Origin: Heterodontus francisci
Lineage: Eukaryota
Assembly (NCBI RefSeq): GCF_036365525.1
Contig: NC_090404.1
Span: forward strand, 7,068,001-7,132,000
Direction of reading: 5' to 3'
DNA length: 64,000 bases
Numbering within the stretch: the first letter of the stretch is position 1; every line of letters starts with the position of its first letter. The translations under genes were made by a program, and so were the position numbers. Positions 26,365 through 37,147 of this stretch are shown here, piece by piece. The notes below the pieces were generated by a model that saw nothing but the letters and a program-made list of their open reading frames with translations, made no database searches and was not told where the DNA came from.

Positions 26365-28085
26365 GAGCCGGAAGACATAGTTGAGGTTTTAAATGATGAC
26401 TTTTCATCTGTGTTCACCATGGAGAAGGACGATTAGGTGTAGAGATCAGGGTGGGGGATTGCGATATACTTGAACATATTAGCATTGAAAGGGAGGAAGT
26501 ATTAGCTGTTTAGCGAGCTTCAAAATGGATAAATCCCCAGGCCCAGATGAGATGTATCCCAGGCTCTTATGTGAGGCAAGGGAGGAGATAGCAGGGGCTC
26601 TGACACAAATTTTCAAATTCTCTCTCGCCACAGAAGAGGTACCTGAGGACTGGAGGACAGCGAATATGGGACCATTATTCAAGAAGGGTAGCAGGGATAA
26701 ACTAGGTAATTACAGGCTCGGGAGTCTAACATCAGTGGCAGGGAAACTATTGGAAAAAATTCTGAACGACAGGATTAATCTCCACTTGGAGAGGCAGGAA
26801 TAAATCAGGGATAGTAAGCAAGGCTTTGTCAAGGGGAGATCGTGTCTAACAAACTTAATTGAATTTTTCGAGGAGGTGACGAGATGTGCAGATGAGGGGA
26901 AAGCAGTTTATGTAGTCTACATGGACTTCAGTAAGGCTTTTGCTAAGGTCCCGCATGAGAGATTAGTTAAAAAGGTAAGAGCCCATTGAATCCGGGGCAA
27001 TTTGAAAAATTGGATCCAAGATTGGCTTCCTGGCAACAGGCAGAGGGTGACGGTCGGGGGTTGCTTTTACGATTGGAAGCCTGTGACCAGTGCTGTACCG
27101 CAGGCATCGGTGATGAGACCCTTGCTGTTTGTAGTGTACGTTAATGATTTAGATGTGAATGCAGGAGGTATGATCAGTAACTTCGCAGATGACACAAAAA
27201 TTGGTGGTGTCAGAAATAGTGAGAAAAGGCTTAGATTGCAGGACGATATAGATGGGCAGAGCAGTAGCAAATGGAATTTAATCCTGAGAAGTGTGAGATG
27301 ATGCATTTTGGGAGGGCTGATAAGGCAAGGGAATATACAATGGATGGTAGGACCCTAGGAAATACAGGGAGTCAGAGGGATCTTGGTGTATTGTCCATAA
27401 ATCACTGAAGGCAGCACCACAAGTAGATAAGATGGTTAGGAAGGCATATGTGATATTTGCCTTTATCAGCCGAGACATATAATATAAGAGCAGGGAAGTT
27501 ATGATGGACCTGTATAAAACGCTAGTTGGGCCACAGCTGGAGTACTGTGCACAGTTCTGGGCACCACACTACAGGAAGGATGTGATTGCACTGGAGAGGG
27601 TGCAGAGGAGATTCACCAGAATGTTGCCTGGGCTGGAGCACTTCAGCTATGAAGAGATACTGGATCGGATAAGTTAGTTTCCTTAGAGCAGATAAGGTTG
27701 AGGGGGGACCTGATTGAGGCATATAAAATTATGAGGGGCATTGATAGGATAGATGGGAAGAAACTTTTTTCCCTTAGCGGAGGGGTCAATAACCAGGGGG
27801 CACAGATTAAAGGTATGAGTCATGAGGATTTGAGGGGATTTGAGGAAATAGTTTTTCACCCAGAGAATGGTTGGAATCTGGAGCACACTGCCTGAAGGGG
27901 TGGTAGAGGCAGGAACCCTCACAACTTTTACGAAGTATTTCGACGAACACTGGAAGTGCCATAGCATACAAGGCTACGGGCCAAGTGCTACAAAAAAGGA
28001 TTAGAATAGATAGGTGCTTGATGGCCGGCACAGACACGATGGGCTGAAGGGCCTGCTTCTGTGCTGTATTATTCTATGACTCTAC
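26365..28085 (+). mobile_element. Truncated, decayed CR1 ORF2
   Basis: DKSPGPD, WRTAN, NFADD and a 3' tail. Confidence 0.88.
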
Positions 28086-28877
28086 ATCAACAACTGGCAC
28101 CTGTACTCGATCACTGGTCTAAAGCCTAGCTACCCGACCAACCCAAATACGTGTGTCAGGTTCGGGTCGAGTCGGGCATTTAAAAATAAATGCACTGGCC
28201 GAAGAGGTGGAACAGTTTCGAGGTTAATCCTGTCAACATTCAGAATAACAGACTATAAAGGAACAGTGATCTCAAAGACAATCTCGTGCAGCATGTCTGC
28301 AGGGGATGTGTTGAATCAGGTTCAAAGGGATTTAATTATATATGTTTTCTATATTAGACAATCAAATTAAAATCTGGAACTGAGATGGGGATATGGATTG
28401 GTGTTAGATGGGAGGATTTGGATCAGTGTATTACTCCAGGAAGTCTTGCAATCAGAGTGAAATTATTTCCAAAATGATTCCTGTAATAACAGTAATCCCA
28501 TTGCTATCTGTTGGTGTAAGACTAATTTAAGTATTTAAAGTGGAGACCACAGGCATGTTAGAGAATGATATCCAAAAGGAATTTGTGACCTGTCCAAGGA
28601 GATTAGTGAAGGGAAAGGAAGGGATGTGGAAGGCACCAGACACTGGAAGATTTCATTGTTTCTATTACGGTATGTCACATCTCTGTCTATATTACACACG
28701 ACATCGTCTCAGTTATTACTGCACTCGACGACGACTTTGTTTCTATTACACCAGATACTGTCTCATTTATTACTGCATTGCACAATGTGTCAATTTATAC
28801 TGCACTAGATTCTGACTCAGTAATGACTAAACCGCGCCATGTATCTGTATATATTACATTAACCCTTGTCTCAGTTC

Positions 28878-31125
28878 TGGTGGAGTAGCAGATAGTGAAG
28901 GGGACTGTCAGAGAATACAGCAGAATATCGATAGACTGGAGAGTTGGGCAGAGAAATGGCAGATGGAGTTCAATCAGGGCAAATGCGAGGTGATGCATTT
29001 TGGAAGATCCAATTCAGGAATGAACTATGCAGTAAATGGAAAAGTCCTGGGGAAAATTGATGTACAGAGAAATTTGTGTGTTCAGGTCCATTGTTCCCTG
29101 AAGGTGGCAACGCAGGTCAATAGAGTGGTCAAGAAGGCATATGGCATGCTTTCCTTCATCGGACGGGGTATTGAGTACAAGAGTTGGCAGGTCATGTTAC
29201 AGTTGTATAAGACTTTGGTTCGGTCACATTTGGAATACTGCGTGCAGTTCTGGTCGCCACATTACCAAAAGGATGTGGATGCTTTGGAGAGGGTGCAGAG
29301 GAGGCTCACCAGGATGTTGCCTGGTATGGAGGGCGCTAGCTATGAAGAGAGGTTGAGTAGATTAGGATTATTTTCATTAGAAAGACGGAGGTTGAGGGGG
29401 GACCTGATTGAGGTGTACAAAACCATGAGAGGTATAGACAGGGTGGATAGCAAGAAGCTTTTTCCCAGAGTGGGGGATTCAATTACAAGGGAACACGAGT
29501 TCAAAGTGAAAGGGGAAAAGTTTAGGGGGGATATGCGTGGAAAGTTCTTTATGCAGAGGGTGGTGGGTGCATGGAACGCATTGCCAGTGGAGGTGGCAGA
29601 CGCGGGCACGATAGCGTCTTTTAAGATGTATCTAGACAGATACATGAATGGGCAGGAAGTAAAGAGATACAGAACCTTAGATAATAGGCGACAGGTTTAG
29701 ATAGAGGATTTGGATCGGCGTAGGCTTGGAGGGCCGAAGGGCCTGTTCCTGTGCTGTAATTTTCTTTGTTCTTTGTTCTCATTGCATTAGGCCATAGATT
29801 ACTCGAGTTGAAAAATAATGCTTATGATAAACTTTTACTAAACTCCAGTAGGCCTCAGCGGGAGTATTGTGTCAAGTTCTGGCTACCACATTTTCAGAAA
29901 GACATCGAGAAGTTGGAGAGGGTCTGGAAAAGATTTTCTAAAATGGTACCAGGGATGAAAGATTTCAATTACGTGGCGAGAGTGAACGAACCGAGATTGT
30001 TCCACGGAGAGCAGCGAAGATTAAAAGGAGATTTCATAGAGGCGTTCAAAATCATGAAGCATTTTGATAAAATGAATAAACTGAAAGCATTTCCAGTGAC
30101 AGAAGGGTCAGTAACCGGAGGAAACAGATTCAAGGTGAACTGCAATTTAACCAAAGGCGACATATAAATGACTTGGAACTTGGAATACAGAGCAGAATCT
30201 CAAAATTTGTGGATGACACTAAATTTGGAAGTGTGGCAAACAGAGAAGATAATGTGAACCGCCTGCAACAGGACATAGATAGACTAGCAGAGTGGGCAGA
30301 CAAGTGGCAGATGGAATTTAATACTGACAAGGGTGAGGTGATGCATTTTGGCAGAAAGAATAGGGAGAGGCAATATATACTTAATGGCGCAGTTCTAAAT
30401 TGTGTGCAGGAACAGAGTGATCTGGGGGTGCATGTGCATCGATCTTTGAAGGTGGCAGGACATATTGAGTAGTTTAGTAAAGTATATGAGATCTTGGGCT
30501 TCCTAAACAGAGACACTGAGAAGAAAAGCAGGGAGGTTATGCTAAAAATTTATGAAGCTCTGGTTAGGCCCCAACAATAGTATTGTGTCCAGTTCTGGTC
30601 ACCACACTTCAGGACGATGTGAGGTTCTTTGAGAGGGTGCAGATATATATCAGGATGGTTCCAGGAATTACGTATTTTAGTTACAAGATTAGATGGGGAA
30701 AACAGGAATTATTCTCCTGATAACAAAGGAGATTGAGGGGAGATTTGAGAGAAATATGAAAGCTTATGACAGGCTTAGGACAGTTAGGCAAGGAAAACCT
30801 GTTCACATTAACTGATGGCAGAAGAACTAGGGGATACAGATTGAAGGTTGTGGGCAAGAGATGCAGGGGACTATGAGAAAGAACTTTATAATGTAGCGGG
30901 TGATAATGATCTGGGACTCGCTGCCCACCAGGGTGGTAGAAGTGGAGACAGTAAATGACTTCAAAATGAAATTGGATAGCCACTTGAAGGAAATAGACTT
31001 TCAGGCCTGCGAGGGTCGAAAGTGGGAGTGGGACCGACTGAATAGCTCTGTGGAGAGGTGGTATGGACTCAATGGGCCGAATGGCCTCCTTTTGTGCTGT
31101 AAATGACTGTGTAGCTCAATGACTC
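28878..31125 (+). mobile_element. Tandem CR1 3' fragments
   Basis: ORFs 28963-29700, 29766-30167 and 30173-30472 all encode CR1 RT C-terminal sequence. Confidence 0.88.
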
Positions 31126-31439
31126 CAGACAATATGACGGAGAAGATAAATGACAGACCAAATTGCTATGATCCGGAATGCACTGCCTGAAAGTGTGGTG
31201 GAAGCTGTTTGGTTAATAACTTTTTAAAGGGGAATTTAATAAATATTTCATATGAAAACAATAAGTAAATATCTGTTCTGGCGTAATAGCAGGGGGCAGT
31301 AGAATAATTGGATATGTCTTTCGGAAAGCTGGTACAGTCCTGAGAGGCTGAATGACCTCCGTCTCAGCTTTATCATGCTCGGAGCGTATGATTTACTGGC
31401 TGAATCCAACACTCTTTTTTTTTACACCTGTTGTGAATA

Positions 31440-31935
31440 AAAAGACTAAAAGAAAACAAGTTGCATATCTCTAGCGCATTTCACGACCACAGGACGTCTC
31501 AAAGGCTTTTCAGCCAATGAGCTACTTGTGAAGTCCCCTCACTGCAGTAATGTAGGAGACGCAACAGCCAATTTCCACACAAGAAAGCAGACAAATATAT
31601 GAATTTGGAGCAGGAGTAGGCCACTCGGCCCCTCCACAGACACAAATGCGACAATGATAAGATAATCTCTTTTTGTGATGTGTATTGAGGGATAATATTA
31701 ATCAGGGCACCGGGGATAATTTCCCAGCACTGGTTTGAAATGGTACCATGGGATATTTTCCACCTGAGAGGGCAGACAGCGCCTCGGTTTCATGTCTCAT
31801 CTGAAAGTCGATATCTCCGACAGTGGAGCACTCCACTGGAGTGCCAGTGCAATTTTTGTGCTCGTGCCCTGGTTGAGGAGTTGAAAATAGAACCTGCTAA
31901 CTCAGGGGGGAGAGTGCGAGCAACCGAACCACGGT
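31440..31935 (-). mobile_element. Deu-domain-like SINE, inverted copy
   Basis: Reverse-complement similarity to 6375-6795. Confidence 0.6.
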
Positions 31936-33544
31936 TATTGCTAATTAAAATACAGAGCAGGGAGGAATAGGTAAATGGAACTCCAGGAATTCAACAGTTC
32001 AACTTCCAATGTAGATACAGTGTTCAATCAGACAGAGTCCGGGCCTTTCAGGCATTCCCCCAGAATGTACAGTACGGACAGCAGTGCAGGAACTGACTGT
32101 GGGCACGACCTTAAATCAAGCACCAGAATATCTCTGCCATTCGGGGAATTGTACTGTATCTTTCAACCATTTAGTAGGTAACCCAGAACTTCACAATAAT
32201 CCAAAGGCTATGTGGACAAAGTGGGTCATTTTCTGCATAAGAAACTTCCGTGGAATGTGAATTGTTAAACAATTGATAGATTGAGAAACATCAATCGATT
32301 GAGAGTCGTGAAAGGCTTTGGAATCATTGATACATCGAGAGTCATCAATCGGTTGCAAGTTATCGATTGTTTCATAAAGTTGGTTGTTGTGGATCGATCA
32401 ATAGATTGGAAAAAATCAATGAATTTAGGTACATCTAATGTTTGGGAAACACGATGAAGGACACAAATATTGAGAAATATCATTTGTTTTGAATATGCAA
32501 CTCGGTTGACAGCACCCCCTCCCCCCAACCCCACCATAAAATAGGGAAATACCTATTAATTCAGAAATGTCTCTCTGTCTATCTGTTTCTGTTAGTTAGC
32601 GCAGAGACAGTTTGTTACTCCTGATAATGGGGAATTGAGGGGGTATGGGAATTGTGCACAAACCTGATTAATAATGCTCGATTCTGGGACACAAACTCTT
32701 ATACTAGGGGGAGGGGTCAATCGGGAATCGATCAACTCAGTGCCATTCCCCTAAAAAACGTCACAAATTGCACCTCGATATTAATAATTCATTTTGCACG
32801 GCCTTGGAACATTCGAAAAGAGTGTCAAAGTATAAAATCAGAGCACAAATGCGTGTGGAGAAGTGATTACAGAATATTGACATACTGGCATGTTATTGGA
32901 GGCTTTATCTCCGGCAGCAGTTTCCTCCAACACCAAAGAAGTCTAAGACAGAAGTGCAACCAGTTGTGAAGCAGGATACTGCATTAACCTCATGCTATAG
33001 AGCACTGGCCTTATAATCATGGTCAATATTGTGATTGGAATCACCATATTCAGCAACGTCGCAGACGCAGCTCTGTCCAGCTGATGCACCATGTCCACTC
33101 TAACCATATGTATCCATCTGCTCATGTTTCTTATGGTCTTTGTGATTGACAAGGGAGTCAAGTGTTAACGGAGGCAGACAGGAAAGTGGAGTTGAGGTCA
33201 CAATCAGATCAGCCATGAACTTATTGAATGGAAGAGCAGGCTGGAGGCGCCGAATGGCCTAAGCCTGCCCCTATTCCTTATGCTGTTATCACATCAAACT
33301 GAGCACATCTCACTGAAGTACTGAATTCACACGTGCAATTCGTGAAGAATTCATTCAGTACATGAATGGACTGAATGGAGAGCCTCTGGGGAGTGTGTTT
33401 AAAGGAGTTGGGGACGTTTGAATTTGTGACCACGATGTGTAATACCCACAGGATATATTTCACTGTAGCAATGATGTACAATGAATATAAGGCGGTAAAT
33501 AAAGTTACAATTTATGCTCCTTCTATGTGGGACTGTGCTAGTCT

Positions 33545-33805
33545 CCTGTGTGGCGTTTGGAAATTTTCCCTGTGATTGCGTGTGTTTTCGCCGGGTGCTC
33601 TGGTTTCCTCCCACAGCCAAAGACTTGCAGGTTGATAGGTAAATTGGCCATTATAACTTGCCCCTAGTATACTACCTCGTGCAGGTGCTAGGGAAGGTGG
33701 GGATGTGGGAGGGTAATGGGATTAAAGGATTAGTATAAATGGGTGGTTGATGGTCGGCGTGGACTCGGTGGGCCGAAGGGCCTGTTTCAGTGCTATATCT
33801 CGAAA
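33545..33805 (+). mobile_element. V-SINE (HE1-like), 5'-truncated
   Basis: V-domain ccgggtgctctggtttcctcccacag plus a CR1-type tail gggccgaagggcctgtt. Confidence 0.75.
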
Positions 33806-36132
33806 TACATTTTTCAAAAATTCATGTAGGGCAGTGGAAAAATGTATCTACTCGTTTGCTACATGTCTGCTGTGGTTGAAGTAATTCGGGTGAGTGCTTT
33901 GTTGTTCGTGAAAGGACCACATGTTCAGAAATATTGCAATAGTCCTTTCTCAACCCAGTCATAGTATCCCTCTGAGACGAAAATTCGCCATCAGCAGAGA
34001 AGGAACATCTGCACCACAGGGATACCTAAGGTTTCTCTTTGCGAATTCAGCTCGTTAATTCCGGATAACCTCGGAATTCAAAATGATCTAGAAAATCAGG
34101 AAGGACTGAAGGCGTCAGACTGATACAAATGACATAAAGGGGCCGGTTCAGGTTAGGAATAATAGATCAGAAAGATGAGACAGCATCTTCCAGGCCCATC
34201 TCTCCATCCATCCATTCATTCTCCCATCTACGAATCCATCCATCAATCAATCTGTTCATCGGTCCTTTAAACAAAACGTTCAGACCTCCAACTATCCATG
34301 CATTCCAGCATCGCTGCATCTGTCCCTCTATCCGTGCAAGTCAGTGTATTTATCTATTTCAGAAGGCATCCTCTCTCTGATGCCCTCTCTGTCTGTATAC
34401 GTGTTTGTCTGTCTATCTATCTATCTGCATATCTGTTGCAATGTTATGATGTGCTGACAGATCCTCCAGTGCACTGTTGCAACTGACAGGGTGTCTAGAG
34501 TTTGGATGTATTTCATTTCCTGAGAGATGGCAACAGTTCACAGAGTTTAACAACTGATAAAAAAATTGACTGCAGTATTGTTGCTGGGTAGATTTGTTTA
34601 TGAATTGGCCTCATTCACAATGTTAACAGTTTGAAGTTGGCTTGCAGCCAAGCGGTCAGTAATGAGGAAACAGATCTTTGATTTAATGCACAGAATATCC
34701 AGATGCTTCCTGTAAATAATATTGGGTATTCGAGGCTCCCTGACAGTAGTTAGCTGGGTTGCTGCCAAATACTGTGTGGGGCAGATTAGCGTGAATAGAA
34801 TGGACAAAAATGGAATTTAAACATTTAAACATTAACTTAATCAGCAGCGCTCTTTAAAAAAATGCATTTTACATGATATCACATCTAAAGAATGATCTTA
34901 GGTAAATGCAGTGCTCACATCACGATATAATGGGAGCTCAACATAATAAATTGACCCAAATGTCAATTAAATATGATTCTAGATAATTAAGAACATTTAT
35001 TTCGTACTGCATGAAGTCCTAGAGAGAGATTTTAATAACCCCACATTGATATAAGTGGGACTAGCATAATAAATAAATAGATAGAATTGCCTTGAATCCG
35101 CTGCATTTCCTTGACTTTTCTCACAGAGGTGCGAATACATTCAAACTAAAGACTCCTTTATTACTGATAACAGCTGCGTAACGTACAGTTTACTTTCTGA
35201 TGACTTCGGTTGTCAAACTAGCCTTCTCGTAGCCAGGCTACTATTGGATAGAGAAATGCCCTGTTTGTGATCCGTTTCCACAGTAAATATTCTTGTGATA
35301 TTCTGTAGCATAGCGTTGAGTCTTGATAACTGCGTTTCTGATACAAAAGTATGTTGCACAGTCTGTCGCTATTACAGTTATCTGCAATGATTTGGGTGCA
35401 GGGGGATAGATTTGCTGATCGACCTATCGGTTCTGATTCACTAGTTCCTGTTTTTCAAAAGCTGATCTGAATTTTACATGTCACTCCTTCATTATCAGGC
35501 AAGTCAACTTATTTTACAGGTAATTTTCAAATGGCTAGCTTAGGGTCATAGAATCAAGAGCAATTCGAGAAATACACAGAGAGAGAGAAAGACTTGTGTA
35601 ATGTGAAGTGTTTCTATTCACTCTGGTCTTTTGTAGTGTAACTGCAGTCATTCACGCTGCAAATCGAATCACTTCTCTAATATCCCGCATTTTCTGCATA
35701 AAATTATTTAAAAAGAAAACATTATCGGGGATACTTTATTGCTATAGATCGAAGGGTTGGATAGCAAGAGACAGAGCAACGAGCAGTCACTTTTGACGCC
35801 ATTAATATAATTCAATCTGAAGCTTTGACATCCTTAGTGTAGTCTTGACGAAATAAAAGGGTTTAATTCACAGGCCACAATGCAATTATTTATTACTGAA
35901 CGCATTCTCAACTGCAATATTTCCATTTAGTAACAAGTAACCGTTTGCATTCAAACCATACAGCCAAATACCTATCCCAAGAAAGAGATAAAACGTTCAC
36001 ATTTAATAATAACCCAGTCTAATGATATGAATCCATTCTTTTGGTGATGTGAAAAGTGGGACGTGGATGCAGTCAAGGCCTCGGTCAGGGAATCGATAGG
36101 CGGCGCCTGGAACCTCGCCCCCTTCTGCCGGG

Positions 36133-36140
36133 TATTTAAA
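36133..36140 (+). promoter_or_regulatory. VH promoter TATA-like box TATTTAAA
   Basis: About 100 nt upstream of the leader ATG, preceded by a GC-rich patch. No perfect octamer seen nearby. Confidence 0.55.
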
Positions 36141-36231
36141 TGCCATTCACTATCACTGCAATACAACAGTCCTGGAGCCAGTTTGCTCAGTGAGTTCTTG
36201 GCAGAACCATTTTCACCGAATTGCCAGAAGG

Positions 36232-36277
36232 ATGAGCTCGGCGATTTCTCTCAGTCTGTTACTGGTTTTCTTATCCC
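36232..36277 (+). pseudogene. IGHV: VH leader exon (signal peptide MSSAISLSLLLVFLS)
   Basis: ATG at 36232, hydrophobic peptide, phase-1 donor C|GTGAGT at 36278. The 127-nt intron ends ttttttacag at 36404. Confidence 0.93.
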
Positions 36278-36404
36278 GTGAGTAAGTTTTATTGTCCGTT
36301 TCTCTCACTGTTACTGTCTCAGTGTTAGTCTCTCTCTGGAATGTTACAGAGTCAGGAATTCTTTCACCAGGATTAATCCTCAGGGTTTTTGATATTTTTT
36401 ACAG

Positions 36405-36706
36405 GTGTCCATTCAGATGTCGTGTTGACTCAGCCAGAGGCAGAGACCGGGAAACCTGGAGGCTCCCTGAGACTGACCTGTAAAACTAGTGGATTCAATC
36501 TTGGCAACACCCGGATGTACTGGATATGACAGGTTCCCGGGCAGGGGCTGGAGTGGTTGGTTCACTACGATGCTTCATCCAGCAATAGTTACGCCCCAGA
36601 GATTAAGGATCGATTTACTGCGTCCAAAGACACTTCAAATAATATCTTCGCTTTGGCCATGAAGAACCTGAAGACCGAAGGCACCGCCATCTATTACTGT
36701 GCAAGA
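36405..36706 (+). pseudogene. IGHV: VH exon with in-frame stop
   Basis: (R)[99 protein letters not shown]. The conserved Cys, Trp and Cys are present. WIR became WI* (CGA>TGA). Confidence 0.95.
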
Positions 36707-36725
36707 AACATTACTACATTGGGTA
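36707..36725 (+). other. Germline-fused D/junctional sequence AACATTACTACATTGGGTA
   Basis: Follows YYCAR directly with no heptamer, 23-bp spacer or nonamer. It is followed by a 12-type RSS. It resembles TACTACAGTGGG-type shark D cores (from memory). Confidence 0.75.
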
Positions 36726-36755
36726 CACTGAGCAGTTACTGTCAATACAAAAACT
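36726..36755 (+). other. Degenerate D 3' 12-RSS
   Basis: CAC(TG)AGCA + GTTACTGTCAAT (12 nt, 36735-36746) + nonamer ACAAAAACT (36747-36755). The CAC is 2 nt too far from the nonamer. Confidence 0.8.
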
Positions 36756-37060
36756 CCCTCAGCGCTAATTGAAGAGTCTGGGTCAGTGCTTGCTTTTACA
36801 ATCCAACTATATATACAGTGAATTTCTATTTGTGTCCAGCACTGTCCTACTCGACGGTTTATTATGGATAAACTGATGAATTATTCATTCATCAGTTGGT
36901 GATTTCAATAATTGCTGATATGTTGCTGAGTGAAATATAAAACATCAGGATAATGTACCAACAGTGAAAAGAATCATTAGCGCAGTTAGAATTTACAATT
37001 TTAATCTGGGATGTGGATGTTTAAAATAATGAGGGCTTTATCTCCATTCTGTGCAGAGCC

Positions 37061-37099
37061 AGTTATTGTGTGACCCTGCCCAGGGAATGTAACACTGTG
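37061..37099 (-). other. JH 23-RSS
   Basis: AGTTATTGT (37061-37069) + exactly 23 nt + perfect CACTGTG (37093-37099). Confidence 0.92.
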
Positions 37100-37147
37100 A
37101 CACCATGGACTACTGGGGACAAGGGACCATGGTGACGGTGACTGCAG
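37100..37147 (+). CDS. IGHJ: JH segment (TMDYWGQGTMVTVTA), unrearranged and intact
   Basis: WGxG motif; donor G|GTAAGG at 37148. Confidence 0.95.

Noticed and set aside
35943-35950. Octamer-like GTTTGCAT upstream of VH
   Set aside because: One mismatch and about 280 nt from the ATG, so chance-level.
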